Shown here: positions 11,601 to 23,443 of the stretch, piece by piece
How positions within the stretch are numbered: position 1 is the stretch's first letter
Layout of the letters: each line of letters opens with the position of its first letter
DNA from: Moniliella sp. 'wahieum'
Lineage: Eukaryota
Direction: 5' to 3'
DNA: 64,000 nucleotides
Assembly (NCBI GenBank): GCA_003971905.1
Contig: RSEE01000066.1
Location: 310,001-374,000 of the forward strand
The notes under the pieces: model-generated
The model's database searches: none
Told to the model about the DNA's origin: nothing
What the model saw: the letters and a program-made list of their open reading frames with translations, nothing else
Program-made: the position numbers and the translations under genes

Positions 11601-12789
11601 TCTCGGACTTGGTCCGCTTGCTCGTGTCCTCTTCCGCCAACGGGGAAGGCTTGGCTGTGGGCCGTTTCGTTGCTAAATCTTTCGGCGTCCCATCGAGCGT
11701 CGCAGCACGAGCACGGCCGCGTCGGATCGGGCCCGGGCCCCCGAGGCGGGATCAGACGCCGGCTTGCCCCCCCTGCCCCCGGGAGCAAACAGCGTGTCCG
11801 AGCCAGGGGACGAGACAGACTTGGCCTTGGTTTCGCCCGGCCCACACGGAGCAAAGGGGCCAAGCCCGCATTCAGAGGTAGCGTGGCATTTGCCAGACCA
11901 GGGTGCCAAAACGCCGCGGCGGGAGGGAAAGCCCCTATGCCCGACATGGCGATCGGTAGTTGTGGTGGAAAGGACATGAAATGCGGTCCCTCCCTCCCCC
12001 CCCGCCGGAGCGCTTATGTTCATGCTGGCCAAGAAGGCAGGTGTATAGCAAAACGGTCCGGCGGCAGAGAACGGGGGCAGGGGAGCACCCGATCCGTTCG
12101 GCTCGGTAGAAGACATGGCGAGCGTCGCGGGCGGTTGCCAAGCTTGGGCTGCTGCTGGCATTGCTGCTGCTGCAGGGCAGCATAGGAAAATGGCTCGAAC
12201 AGGACGTTGGACGGGGGTTCTGCTGTGTTGGCAGAAGCAGGACCAAGCGACGTGAGGAGGGAGGCAACCCCGATCTCCATCGGCGGAGCACATTGGCTTT
12301 CTGGCCCCGGCAAGCGGAGCAGGCACAATAGGATCGTGGCTTACCGCGGGGCCCGAAGGGTACTGGCTCGGGGGCGAGTCGCCACTGTAGGCAGAGACGC
12401 CGGGGGTACTAATCAGGTCGGATGTGCCATCGGGAGGTGGTGGCGAGGTGGTGGGGGCCGGTGGACTGGGGCAGGAGGAAAGACTGGGTGGTGGGGCCGC
12501 AGGCAGGGGATGATTGAAAGAGCATCGTCTGAAACGAAGAGGCAGACCCAGGCTGGGATACTGGGCCGAGGCGGCTGCGGCCTGAGGGGAGCGGGGGTGG
12601 AAGAGCGGGGGCAGGTGTAAGGGTAGTGGTGGGCGAGGAGGAGACGACATGAGGAGCGGAGCCGGCGCTGGTGCTGTTGGTGAGAGCGACACTATTGAGG
12701 TACATGGCCAGACTGGCATCGAAGGCGGGTGGAGGCAAGGATGGCGGGGAGGGTGCAGGCAGCCCGCCGGGGGAGGGTTGTGGCGACAT
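8690..12789 (-). CDS. SRE1: SREBP-family membrane-bound bHLH transcription factor (Sre1)
   Basis: bHLH KVPHNAIERRYRNNINDRIATLRAAVP...KLNKATILGKATEYIHYLK with the SREBP-diagnostic Tyr (RRYR); two hydrophobic segments (YVMAAFLGLTLVG; LLIEVARFVAFLGCVCFVLYPI); long C-terminal domain ending EESDSGVEM*; intron 11382..11510; several frameshifts. Confidence 0.85.
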
Positions 12790-13850
12790 GAGACAGGGGA
12801 AATGCGAAGGGAGCTGTGGGAGCGAAGGATGCGGAGACGGGTGTGGGCAACAAAGAAGAGAGCGGGGCGGGGGCAACGATGGCGGTGGCGATGGAGATGG
12901 CGATGGCAGCAGAGTAGCAGGCCGAGTGCTGTGGCGAGCGGCTAGAGAAAAGTCGAGCTTCGAGCTCCAAGGCGGCGTAGTATATGGAGGTGGGCTGGCT
13001 CCCACAGGCGCAGTGCGGGGGCTGGGCCCTGCGCTGGGTCTCACATGCATTGCTGGCACAGGCGCTGTCCCCCCGGCGAGCGCGGTGTGTCCGGTGGACC
13101 AGGCAGGGCTCCTCTGCTGTCCTCCTGCCGCCGTGGGGGCGGTCCCGGCAAGCAGCTGGTGGACCATTGCCTGCGTCCCAGTGCTCAGCCGTTTCCTCCG
13201 TACCTACCTCCTCGAGCACCATGCCGCCTACACGCCGCTCTGTCGGCATATGACAGCCGCGCCGTTTGAAGCCATGGATGAGGCGCATTCCAGGCACTGG
13301 GCGCGAGGCGCTAGGCGCTCGGGTGGAGTGTCTGTGCCAGGTTAGCAGCCCCCCCCCGCCCGGCTGGCTCAGCGCTGGTGGGCGTCGGCGGTCTGCCAGC
13401 GAGGGCTGGGCGGCAAGGCGTGGGAGAGGAAGACTGGACGCTTCGCCAGTCCATGTACAGGCGAGGCCAAAATCGTGCGAGTTGTGACCTGTGGTGCACG
13501 CGGCACGCCCGCCCATCTGAGACCTGCGCAGCAACACTCGCGCCCTGCCCTGCCCCCCCCACATGCACCCCCACACTGCCCGCCTGCCCCGCTGATTCCG
13601 GAGCTTTCCGGGCATGGGACTGCTCAATTTTTCATGCTCCGCGAATCACGTACTCGCCGCTCCAGCACTTGCTAGTTACTAGGCACTTACGCGCCCACCA
13701 CCCCTGCCCCCTTTGGGACACTTGGCGATCTCTTCAAGCTAGCTTGCCTCGCACAGATTCACATGCACTCCCATGTCACATCTCACAATGCAGCAGGCGG
13801 TGTCGCCCCGGCGCCTCCGCCTCAGCGCCTCAGCGCCTCAGCTGGCAGCT

Positions 13851-14400
13851 TTAGCGTTCCCCGCGGAGGAGGAGGCACAGAGGAGAGTGATATGTGATAG
13901 CCTCAATCTGGTTGGCTCTGTGGAATGTAGACCCACACAATAACACCAGCGCCGGCATAACGTGGGTTGTGCTCTTCTCATCGATCTGGAGGAAGCACTT
14001 GTGAAAACGGGATATAGGATCGATAACCGTGAGGAGTTTTTGAAGCGCAGCTTGTGATTCTATACTCCACAAGATCCAAGGGCCAGCTGGCCAGGCCCTG
14101 AGAACTGAGGCTAGCCCCCACAGAGCGTGTAGGCCTGCCAGCGCGGAGATGCATCCTGAGCATCTCGCAATATTATAAGCTGTTGCCGCATATCCTTGCT
14201 TGGCCAGACGACTTGAATCTCTGTCGAAATAGGTCTCATCGGCACCTACGACATGGGATGTCACGCTCTCGCTTCGAGCAAGCCTACGTCTCCTTGACAC
14301 TTGCATCTCCTGGGCTCAGGCGCTCAGGGCTGTTGACCTCAACGTACACGTTAAACGTCACTGGATGTTGTGGCGCAAACGCTCATTGCACCGGGATCCC
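13851..14400 (-). mobile_element. Possible degenerate hAT transposase relic
   Basis: LQKLLTVIDPI...LQIDEKSTTHVMPALVLL resembles the hAT L..L..VL.P...LQ.D..T...V.P segment; broken FA-HNIQ near 14362-14381 resembles C(F)AHxLQL; no terminal repeats seen. Confidence 0.3.
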
Positions 14401-14433
14401 CTCTACAGAAGATAGCTGGCCATTTCATGAATG

Positions 14434-14569
14434 CTCTAGCGCAACCAATCCTGCCATACATCCAAAATAATCGATCATCCAAGGGCATGTCAGGGTCGTC
14501 GATGGACTCTAGGCAACCAATCCTGCCATAAATCCAACATAATCCAAGGGCACGTTAGGGTCGTCCATG
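14434..14569. repeat. Imperfect tandem duplication (~65-70 bp) of the alpha-actinin 3' end
   Basis: CTCTAG(C)GCAACCAATCCTGCCATA.ATCCAA.ATAATC..CAAGGGCA.GT.AGGGTCGTC.ATG present at 14434..14504 and 14507..14569. Confidence 0.85.
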
Positions 14570-16837
14570 TTGGCTTGACCTGCATCGCCACTGCCCGGTG
14601 GCTGTCGGGGCATGTTTTGAAGGAAAAAATCGAGAGCGCCGGCCGGTAGGTCGGCCTGACGCAAGTCCATTTCCGTCACAAACTCCTTGTCTCCGGCAAC
14701 GGCTTGGAAAGCCTCCAACACCTGTCCAGGCGAGTTCTCATCCTCGTTAATTGTCCGCTGCCGCGAGAGCAGGAGAAGGAAAGTCAGTAACACATATCTG
14801 ATACTCGACCAGCTCCAGCAACATACCATCAACTCCAGGAAGGCTTCGTAGTTGACCGCCGAGTAGCGTTCGGTGAGCTGGTTGTATATCTCTAGCAAGT
14901 CTTCTTCCGGGAAGACAATGCCCTCCGACGCCAGTCCTCCGCGCAGCTCGTCCACCGAGAGGGTATTGGTCCCGCTCCGGTTAAAGTGCTGGAAGGTGGC
15001 GTCAAATTGCTCTAATTGGGCGGGAGAGAGGGTGTTGTTGTATTGTCTGGCAACACGCTGATAAACAATGAGGTGTGAGCTCTAAACCCCTTGGCAACAG
15101 AGATATGGGAGTGTGAAGGAGAAAAGAACATACCTGATTGTCGAAAAACGCCAGCTTCTTTAGCAATGCTGCCTCGGTGAGCTGCTGGTCAAACTCGAGA
15201 TCGTCCAGGTTGTAAATCGTTCCTTCGTTCTCCGTAATGACGGAGCGCTGGCACGCCGCATCCGTCGCTACCAAATCGGCCTTATGCAATGCCAACTCTT
15301 CGCCACGCAGAAGGGGTAGGAGATCCTGGACCTTGGCACTTTGAGCGTCTAGGTCGTCCTCTGGCTCCAAAGCGCTCAAAGCATCGCGCACCGCCATGAT
15401 CTTGTCTTCATACGTGTTGGCCAACCTAGCAAACCTGGCATCAAGCAAATCCTTCGCATGCCGCATCGCCCTCTGTGCAGTGCTGGCGGCCCGAGCTTCC
15501 GAAGAGGCCAGATGGCCCCACGCATCGCGTATATCCGCCGTCCCAAGTCCCGGTTCGGGATGCCAAGGACGAAGATTGTACGTTCGCAGCTTGGTTTGGA
15601 TGTTGGCCAACAGGGCCTCAAGGTCACTCCGTTCTTTGACCCATGTTCGCTTCGTAGTTCGCTTGTACTCCTTGAGCTCGTCCATATGCCCCCTCGCTGT
15701 GAGGAAGAGACGCTCCTCCGGTACTACCCCTGGGCCCCTTCGGAGCCAAAGGGGATACTTCTGGAAGACACGTCCCCGTCCAGATCGTCAGACTCGATGG
15801 CGTTGGTGGACCATTTGTCCATTTGTTGCTGCATAAGTGTGCCCAATAGCCGAGCTCGACGCTCATAATCGTTGCGCATCATCCATACAGAGCGAAGTAG
15901 ATCAGCAAACGCGGCAAGCCTCCGGGTGGCTACCTCGGCTTGCTGCCGGCTGCTGAATGCATAGTAGTACTGAGCAATGTATGTCATCACACTCTTCTCG
16001 TCCGGCTTCCTCCCCGGTGGCAGTGCCAGGTCGGTCACGTCCATCAGGCGGGGAATGTTGAGGTATTCTTCAGCCACACCAAAGGCCAAGTTGGTCCGCT
16101 CCTTGCGTGCAGCCAAGTCATCCCCTTGTGGTAGAGAGTCATAATCAAGCAACTCGGGGCGATGCCGGTGAATCAAGGCACAAAGCGCCCGGCCATCGGT
16201 CCACGACTCCTTAAAGTCTTGCACATTGACTCCAGGTTTGTAAGGGGCTGTTTGGCGCTGGCACCATAGAAGAAGTCCATCTCGTGCGGTCAAGCCTTCT
16301 TGAGAAATGTCTTCGACGGTGAAGCGGAGAATGAGCTTCCAAATCAGACCAAGGATGATCTTGAGATTACCATCAATAATGTCTTCCGCACCTGTATTGG
16401 TCAAGACGAGCCCGCGGCGGCGGAGAAAGTCGAGAGCCAAGTTGACGTTTTCAGCCATCTGGACCTTCATTTTAGGATTGCGGTAGTACCGCCCCAGCTG
16501 GGTGTCGCTCATGATTTCCATGAGCTCGATGAGGTGAACGCCATCTGCCAGGCCGACGACGAGGCTCTTCATGGGTGGGATGTTGCGCATCGCCAACTTG
16601 GTGTTGATCCTGGACCCAGAATATCATATCAGCATCGCATGACATGATGATCGCCTCGCTGCTCCTCTCGACCTCCTATGGGAGAGACCAAGAGCCAGGG
16701 GTGGCAGCGGGACCAGGACAGATGATGACGTACCAATTGGTGAATGTCTTGGCTTGTACGGTCTCCCAGCTCCGGTCATCCGAGAGGCCACGACCCAGTA
16801 TGGAGCTGCGCTTACCGGGGGAGCCACCAGTGTACAT
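14509..16837 (-). CDS. AIN1: Alpha-actinin (tandem CH domains, spectrin repeats, EF-hands)
   Basis: WETVQAKTFTNWIN, GAEDIIDGNLKIILGLIWKLILRF, LLLWCQRQTAPY, SWTDGRALCALIHRHRPELLDY, KPDEKSVMTYIAQYY; C-terminal FQAVAGDKEFVTEMDL..LDYVGF; introns 16610..16733, 15058..15133, 14758..14826. Confidence 0.93.
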
Positions 16838-17158
16838 GGTCGGGCACAGATGGGCAGATGGAGATGGTGGTGGCGCCTGCAGATCCAGATCAAGGTGGAG
16901 GTGGGTGTGGTCGAACGCGGTTGGGTGGACGGACACTCAGCCGAGGGCTGCGACGTGCACTGCTTGGGTTGCTGCACGTGACTGCGTGCTTACCCAACAG
17001 GCGGCCGCCTAACCCAACACAACAAACAGCGCCGAGCGGGCTGAGTCGCTTTGCACCGAAGGTTGCAACATTGCCTGTCCCCTCTTTGAAACCTGCAACT
17101 GAAGGAAGCCAACCTTACGTCAGTGGATGGGCGGCGCATCGAGTATCGGTGCATCCGC

Positions 17159-17194
17159 GCATCCGTGCATGCATCCGTGCATGCATCCGTGCAT
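17159..17194. repeat. Tandem repeat (GCATCCGTGCAT)x3 in the actinin/ohr divergent intergenic region
   Basis: Three perfect 12-bp copies read directly. Confidence 0.9.
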
Positions 17195-17711
17195 GAGCCA
17201 GCGCTCAGCGCCTCAGCCGCCCTGCCAGTGTTCGCTCCTCAGGGACCGATGACCTCACTGGCCGGCCCAGTGCCTCCGATCTCTACCCTCCTACCCAGCC
17301 AAGGAACACAAGCCGAGCGACCTCATTGGTCGGTGACCGGTGACTGATGCACGTGATGCGATGAATGGTGCCCAGTGCACGGACCTCATGCTGCCCTGCT
17401 CCCCAACCTCCATCCAAACTTCGTTCGATTCCATTCTCAGCTGGGAGTGTCAGCTGGGAGAGATCGCAGATCTCAGGCCGCTGACTGACAGCGCAAAGCA
17501 TTCTCGCCCACTAAGCTCAGCAATCCTTTCGGGCACAGCGGCAGTGTGCACTCTCTCGAAGCACCCCAGCCATGTAGACGGCATTGGACCCATCCGTTGT
17601 ATAAAACTGCCCGCCTGTCCGGGACCTCAATGGGCCTTGTCCCCTCCACCGCCTTCGCCCTCTTCCACTCCCACTGTCCCCCTGCCACACGGCCTCTTCC
17701 ACGCCTTGATC

Positions 17712-18285
17712 ATGCTCGCTCGCATTGCTCCTGTCGCTCGCCCGGCCGTCCGCGCCGCTATCCGCCCTGTCATTGCCAGCCGCGGTGTGGCTACGCTCGA
17801 GCAGGTCGCGTACACGGCCACAGCCGAGGCCTCAGGTCTGGGCCGCAACGGCCGTGTTGTTGTGCCCGAGGGCGGCCTTGACTTCCAGCTTGCGTAAGTA
17901 GTATTCTCTACCCTATCTCACCATCCTGTTGTGCGCCCTCCTGACCCATCTGGATGGTGGCAGTACTCCCAAGGCGATGGGCGGGACGGGTAATGGTAAC
18001 AACCCGGAGCATTTTCAGCGCCGGGTGGAGTGCCTGTTTCCTTTCTGCTCTTCAGTTTGGCGCACGGAACAACAAGCTGAAGGTGCCGGATGACCTCAAG
18101 ATCCGCGTGGAGGCTCACTTGGGCAAGCCTTCCGATGGCTCGCCGTTTGGACTTGGCGCCGACATTTACGCTGAGTCTGCCTCGGGTGATGTTGAGCACA
18201 TCAAGAAGCTCATGGAGATTGGCCATGGCATCTGCCCTTACTCTCGGCTACTCGGGGAAACATCGAAGTGAAGCTGCACCCGTGA
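17712..18285 (+). CDS. OHR: Ohr/OsmC-family organic hydroperoxide reductase with predicted mitochondrial presequence
   Basis: YTATAEASGLGRNGRV, PKAMGGTGNGNNPE, FSAGWSACFLSAL (peroxidatic Cys), ICPYSRATRGNIEV (resolving Cys, after frameshift repair); presequence MLARIAPVARPAVRAAIRPVIASRG; intron 17894..17963. Confidence 0.9.
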
Positions 18286-19409
18286 AATGCTGTGTTGGCC
18301 ACTCGCTTTTGGATGGGGCCGTTTCTACCATCGTTCAGTCCATATTGATGAAAACGCAAAAAAGTACAAGTAACGCACACAAAAGTAAGGTAGAAGCGGG
18401 CAGCCAACAATCAGCTATGGAGGCAAACGTGCAATAGGGCTGTGGAGAAGCAGCTACCGATGCTGGATGAAAGATGCTTGGAGCGCTGAGGCGTGTGACA
18501 TGTGAGCGCGCTGTGAAGATGAAACTAGCAGCAGTTGATGCCAAGGCACGCACAGGCAGTTGCCACTCCAATGCACATTGGGTTGCCACGTAGTTTGGGC
18601 GATACAAAAATGAAATAATCGGATTACATACGCGGGTGACGAAATGCCTTTGCCCAGCCCATAGCCCATCGACCATCCTTGCGACTTGCCACTTGTCACT
18701 AGTGACGTCACCATGTCACTAGTGACTAGCTTGACTAGAAGAGTGAAGTCACTCGTTGATCGCTTCAGATCACCTTCAAGCTTCAAGCTTCGTCGGTCCT
18801 TCACCGCCTCGATCATCTCGATCATCGTGTCCTTGGCACTTCCGATCTTGACCAACTTATCCCGGCTGTACCATGTAACGTCGGCCAAAACGATAACGGC
18901 CCCAGGGGCGCTTATTCGTCGATTGTGCCCACATCATATCAAGAGGCTGCACACCCTCTCTCGCCCCAACAGATACGTTGCATTGGGATGATATCATCAA
19001 GCTGTATTAGTGCCGCTATATCAAAGGCTCGAAGCTTGCAGGGCGGTCGTGTTCCGGCCGCATGCGTTATGCGCGTTTATGCCAGAATGGCCAGCCAACT
19101 TGATCAAAATCGCCCTCGATCGCGAGAGTACCGCGAGTGTGACCGTCGGACTGGAGTGTGGCCTCTGTGCGCCACCATATCATCTTGTGGTGTATTTTTG
19201 CCAAGAAAAGCCGCGCCCCTGTGGCCAGTCTGTGGCCATGATACCAACGCACCAGGCTCTCACTCGCCCCTTTTAAACCAGGCCTTCCCCTTTCTTTCAG
19301 ACCCACCCGACTATCCTTTGGCCACCCCCTTCCTCCCATCCGCCAACTTGACAGCACCGTAAATCAAAACCCGTCCTCCATTTCCCTCCTCCTTCCTGCC
19401 GTCTCGTCC

Positions 19410-20688
19410 ATGGTTGCTGCGCCCATCGCTCCCGCCCCCGCCCCTGCCTCGACAGAGTTTCCTCCCACCATTCGTCACCGTCGACACGTACACGTGTCCA
19501 CCAGCCATGTTCTTCTCCAGCCTTGTCCTACTCCGTCACGGTCCTTTGAGGCTACTGGCCATTCATTTTCTTCCCCAAACCCATTCCTCTCTGCCTCCAG
19601 CTACATCTCGCCGAATAACGGTGTCATCAATACCAAAAGGCTGATGGACCCAGCCGCTCTGATGGACCCTCAAGCCCACACCCAATCTATTCAAGAAGAC
19701 AAAGGCGAGCTATGCCCAGGAAGCTTGGCTCTCTCCACTTTCCCATATCTCCCTTCATCTGAGCGAAGCTGGCCAAGGGGCATGTCGCCAAACCACGAAC
19801 ACGGGCGTCTGCCAGGCCAGTCCTGCCCATGCACAGGTTCCATGGGACCGGACACGAGCAGAAATGTGTGCTCAATCCTATGGAGACTGTTCTCACACGG
19901 GCAGACGCAACAGCTCCGCCGCGAAGCAGTTTCAATTGGCACCCCACCCAACCACCAGTACAGAGAGTAGTGGTTGTCACCTGGGGCGTCCCTCATCCAT
20001 CAAGTCCTTACCATTGTCCCTCGAGGCGTGTGACAACTTTCCTCCGCGCCGTTCCCGCCTGCCTTATCGAAGTTCAGTGTCCAGCGGTTCATTGTTGTTG
20101 AAAACGTCGACAAATGATTCGTTGAACGAATGGAGAGATGAAGAGGACGGCGACATTATTTCGTTTTCCTTATACTCCACCCCAAGTGTCGATGATCACG
20201 ACGATGGAAGCGACTCGGACAACAGCGTCATTTCCGTGAGCAATTACCAGGAACAAAAGGCCCGGCGTTTTTCAGGTACCTCCTTATCTACTTTGGGTCC
20301 CTCGTCTCCCTCTTTCTCGGACCAGAGCGGGGTTGAGCGTGCTGGTGTTGGCAGCCCGCCGTCATCTTTTTGGGCTCGTCGTTCGGCTCCACCAAGCAGT
20401 ACCCAGAATGAAGGATCGGGTGCTATGTTTGGATCAAAGGCAGCGGGATCCAACCGGAACAAGGTCCGCATGGATTGTATAGCCGGCGACTTCGGCCCGA
20501 TGGGTCAAGTGAGCCACTTGCAAGCTGCCACCCAGCCCCCGACATCCATAGGGGTCGCTCTCGTGCCCCTCTACCACGGCACGAGCCGAAGCGGGCCGGA
20601 ATGGGTAAATCCGTCAGTGCACCTACTTTGCCTTCGTACCGCCGTCACATGTCTGCTCTTTCAGGGCTTTCCCCGCTCACCCCCTTGA
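19410..20688 (+). CDS. Hypothetical Ser-rich protein
   Basis: Consecutive ORFs 19410..19970 and 19864..20688 with protein-like content (WRDEEDGDIISFSLYSTPSVDDHDDGSDSD); no family recognised. Confidence 0.45.
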
Positions 20689-21438
20689 GGCCTTTGACTG
20701 CGCCCCGAAGCCTTGACCGGAGTGGGCATATGAAAGTCCCCACAGGCAGCTATAAAACGCTAGCCTTTCCCCCTTGTCTTAACCACGGTGTAGTCAAGCG
20801 AAATGGACATTAGTAGAAGTTGAAGCTATGCTGAGGGGCAAGCGATAGATTGTTGATTATGCATAGCACGAGATGTGGTTATTGCTATGAGAAACACAAC
20901 GTGTTGATGTTGAGATGATGGAATTGGGTGGGCAATAGCAATTCTGGCATTAATACAGCAGGTGGTTTAGACACTGCCCGTCTCTGCATGGAACTCGGGT
21001 CGCTGCAAAGTGTGGGAGCGACGAGACTGTTCATGAACCTCCCCTTACGTCTATCGTGTTCCGGCCGTCCCTCACCCTGTTGTAACCCCCAACAGAAAGA
21101 ATGTCGCTACAGTGGCCATGGCGAGCGCCGACTCTTGGCGATGACATTCTGCATTCCCGGCGCCTCAGCGACCCTTTTATAGGGACTCTAATACTCGTGA
21201 CACAGTGCGAGTGAGCTAGTGATGCCTGATGCATGCTGTGTCGTGACGGGTGATATGACAGAGCCGTCAGTAAAACTTTCAATGTGCGTTCATCTTCGCG
21301 GTTTGGGTGCTTGCTAACCCGTCGTCTTCCTCGCTGGCCTCACCGCCCTCATCCCTCCGCCACGCTCCTTGCCGGCGTCCCACAGCAAAGCCCAGCGTGT
21401 TGACTGCCCAGGGAATGCCCTGCTGAGATACGTGGTTG

Positions 21439-23053
21439 ATGGGCGATGCTTCCTATATCGTACCTGCTGGGGCGGTCGGGTCCCAGTTGACTTTTACCCA
21501 AGGCCTGCTGGTGGGCCAGCTGTCGATCGTCATTCTTGCCGCCCTCTTTCTTCGTTACTTTATCTTTGAGGATGTGACCACCGCTCTCGAGAAGGAGCGC
21601 CAATCGGTATGTTCCTGTGGCACACCATGCGCTGGTCTGTGCATTGTGCGCCTCCATTGACTCGGTTCGTCTCTTCTCTTTCTCTTCTCACCACGCCTTG
21701 CGTAGCGCGTCCATCGCTCAGAACAGACCCGCACTCGCCGGCGAGCCAAGGGCGGCGCCCAAGGCGGCATCCCACTCGACGCCATTCTCGCCACTCTGGG
21801 ATACGATTCGCGTCAGCATCCGGCTGAGAGCGCCGACTGGCTCAATGTTCTCCTGGCCCAGGCTGTGGCAGGGTATCGGGAGGATGTGCTGAACGGCGGG
21901 GGGAGCCCTGTGGGGGGCACGCCGCTTCAATCTGACCAGGAAGGCGAAGGCGAGCAGGAGCGAACGGCGCGTGAGCTGATGCAGGACATTCTCACAAGTC
22001 CACTGCTGCTGCCGCTGGATTTTTGGACCCGATTCGAGTGACCGATGTGGATTGTGGCGATCAGTACCCCGTCTTGTCCAATGCCGTCGTCCGGCCTGCG
22101 GATGAACTGGGCCGGATGCGGATTGAGGTTCAGTTGGACTATGCGGACCACATTACAATTGCGATCGAACCAAATTGGTGGTGAACATTCCGAAGCCGCG
22201 CTTTGCTGTGCTCCCCATCTCCCTCTCCTTGGCCATCACCCGCTTCTCCGCCCGGGTTAGCATAGAACTCTTCTCTACCGACTCTGGGTCCGTCTTGCCC
22301 ACCGAAGTTGGCGTCCAGGTTCCCCCCCGCCCACTTCGAGGCACGACGGAACCTGCGCCTCGTTCCCGCCATCATCTCCACTTTAGCCTGCATCCGGACT
22401 TTGAGCTGGACGCCAGCGTCGGCAGCCTCCTTGGTTCCCGGGCCAAACTGCAAGACATTCCCAAAATTGAGAGCAGCTGCTTGTAGGTCGCCTCCGGTCT
22501 TATATTCACGATCGGTTTGCTTGGCCCCGCTATTGGTCACTCAGCTGCCCAATCTCGTCCCTTCGCCCACCAGCAATGGCGCGTTTATGCGCCCGTACCA
22601 TCAGCGCAAGCGCAGCCACAACCACAACAGCATCAACAAGCACAACCTCAAGTTCCTCCGGCTGCATCACCTCAAAATGGGCACTGGAATCCGCCCATGG
22701 TGCAGGTACCAGACAATGAAATGACGCTCACGTCCGGTGTGGAACCTGGCTACCTATCGCCTGCCGGCGAAGAGCAGATGCGCCGGGCATGGGCACAACG
22801 TACTGGGATGTACTCGTCGGGGTATGGCGCCTATGTTCCAACCCCGCCTCCTTACCTACCTGGTCCCGAGGGCGCCTTGCTGGACCGGACCTGGCTCAAC
22901 CCCACTTCGCCAGGCTCGATGGCCAGTGCCAGTGCGGACCCGATCGATTTGTGGCGGGCACAGACGTCCGGTCTACCTTCCGACGCACACATTCGACGTC
23001 GTCCTCCTTCCCAGCAACAGAGCTGGACGCCTGGTATGGGATACGCTCCCTAA
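21439..23053 (+). CDS. MMM1: ERMES subunit Mmm1 (TM anchor plus SMP domain)
   Basis: LTFTQGLLVGQLSIVILAALFLRYFIF, HPAESADWLNVLLAQ, VNIPKPRFAVLPISL, SLLGSRAKLQDIPKIE; intron 21607..21705; Q/P-rich tail. Confidence 0.92.
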
Positions 23054-23443
23054 GCCCCGGATGCGCCTAAAAAATAAGCATTTCCCCGATTCCAGCGACC
23101 CACCCCCCTCACCCCCCCTTCCCCCATACTGGCACCACTTGCAAAGTGCAGCGTCTGATAGCCCATTCAATGCACATGGAAGATGTACGATTGAGAGGGC
23201 CAGATTAGCAGACGTGCCTGAATAATTGGACCCCCACACGCTCATCATCACTTCTACCAAGACAAGCTGATGATCGATGGTCCTAGAATTCTGGCAGCAA
23301 CAAGCCGATAACATGTAGAAGGCGCAACAAGAACAAAAGAAGGGATAGGTACAGGGCCGTGCATCTCAACTCATCCCATCCCATTTGCGGTTAACCCAGG
23401 TCGATTTGAACGATAATCGTGCTGTGCTGGTGAGATCCCTGCT

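Noticed and set aside
18454..18888. 144-aa minus-strand ORF with an LVTS repeat
   Set aside because: The repeat derives from the DNA palindromes; no ATG at the ORF start and no family resemblance
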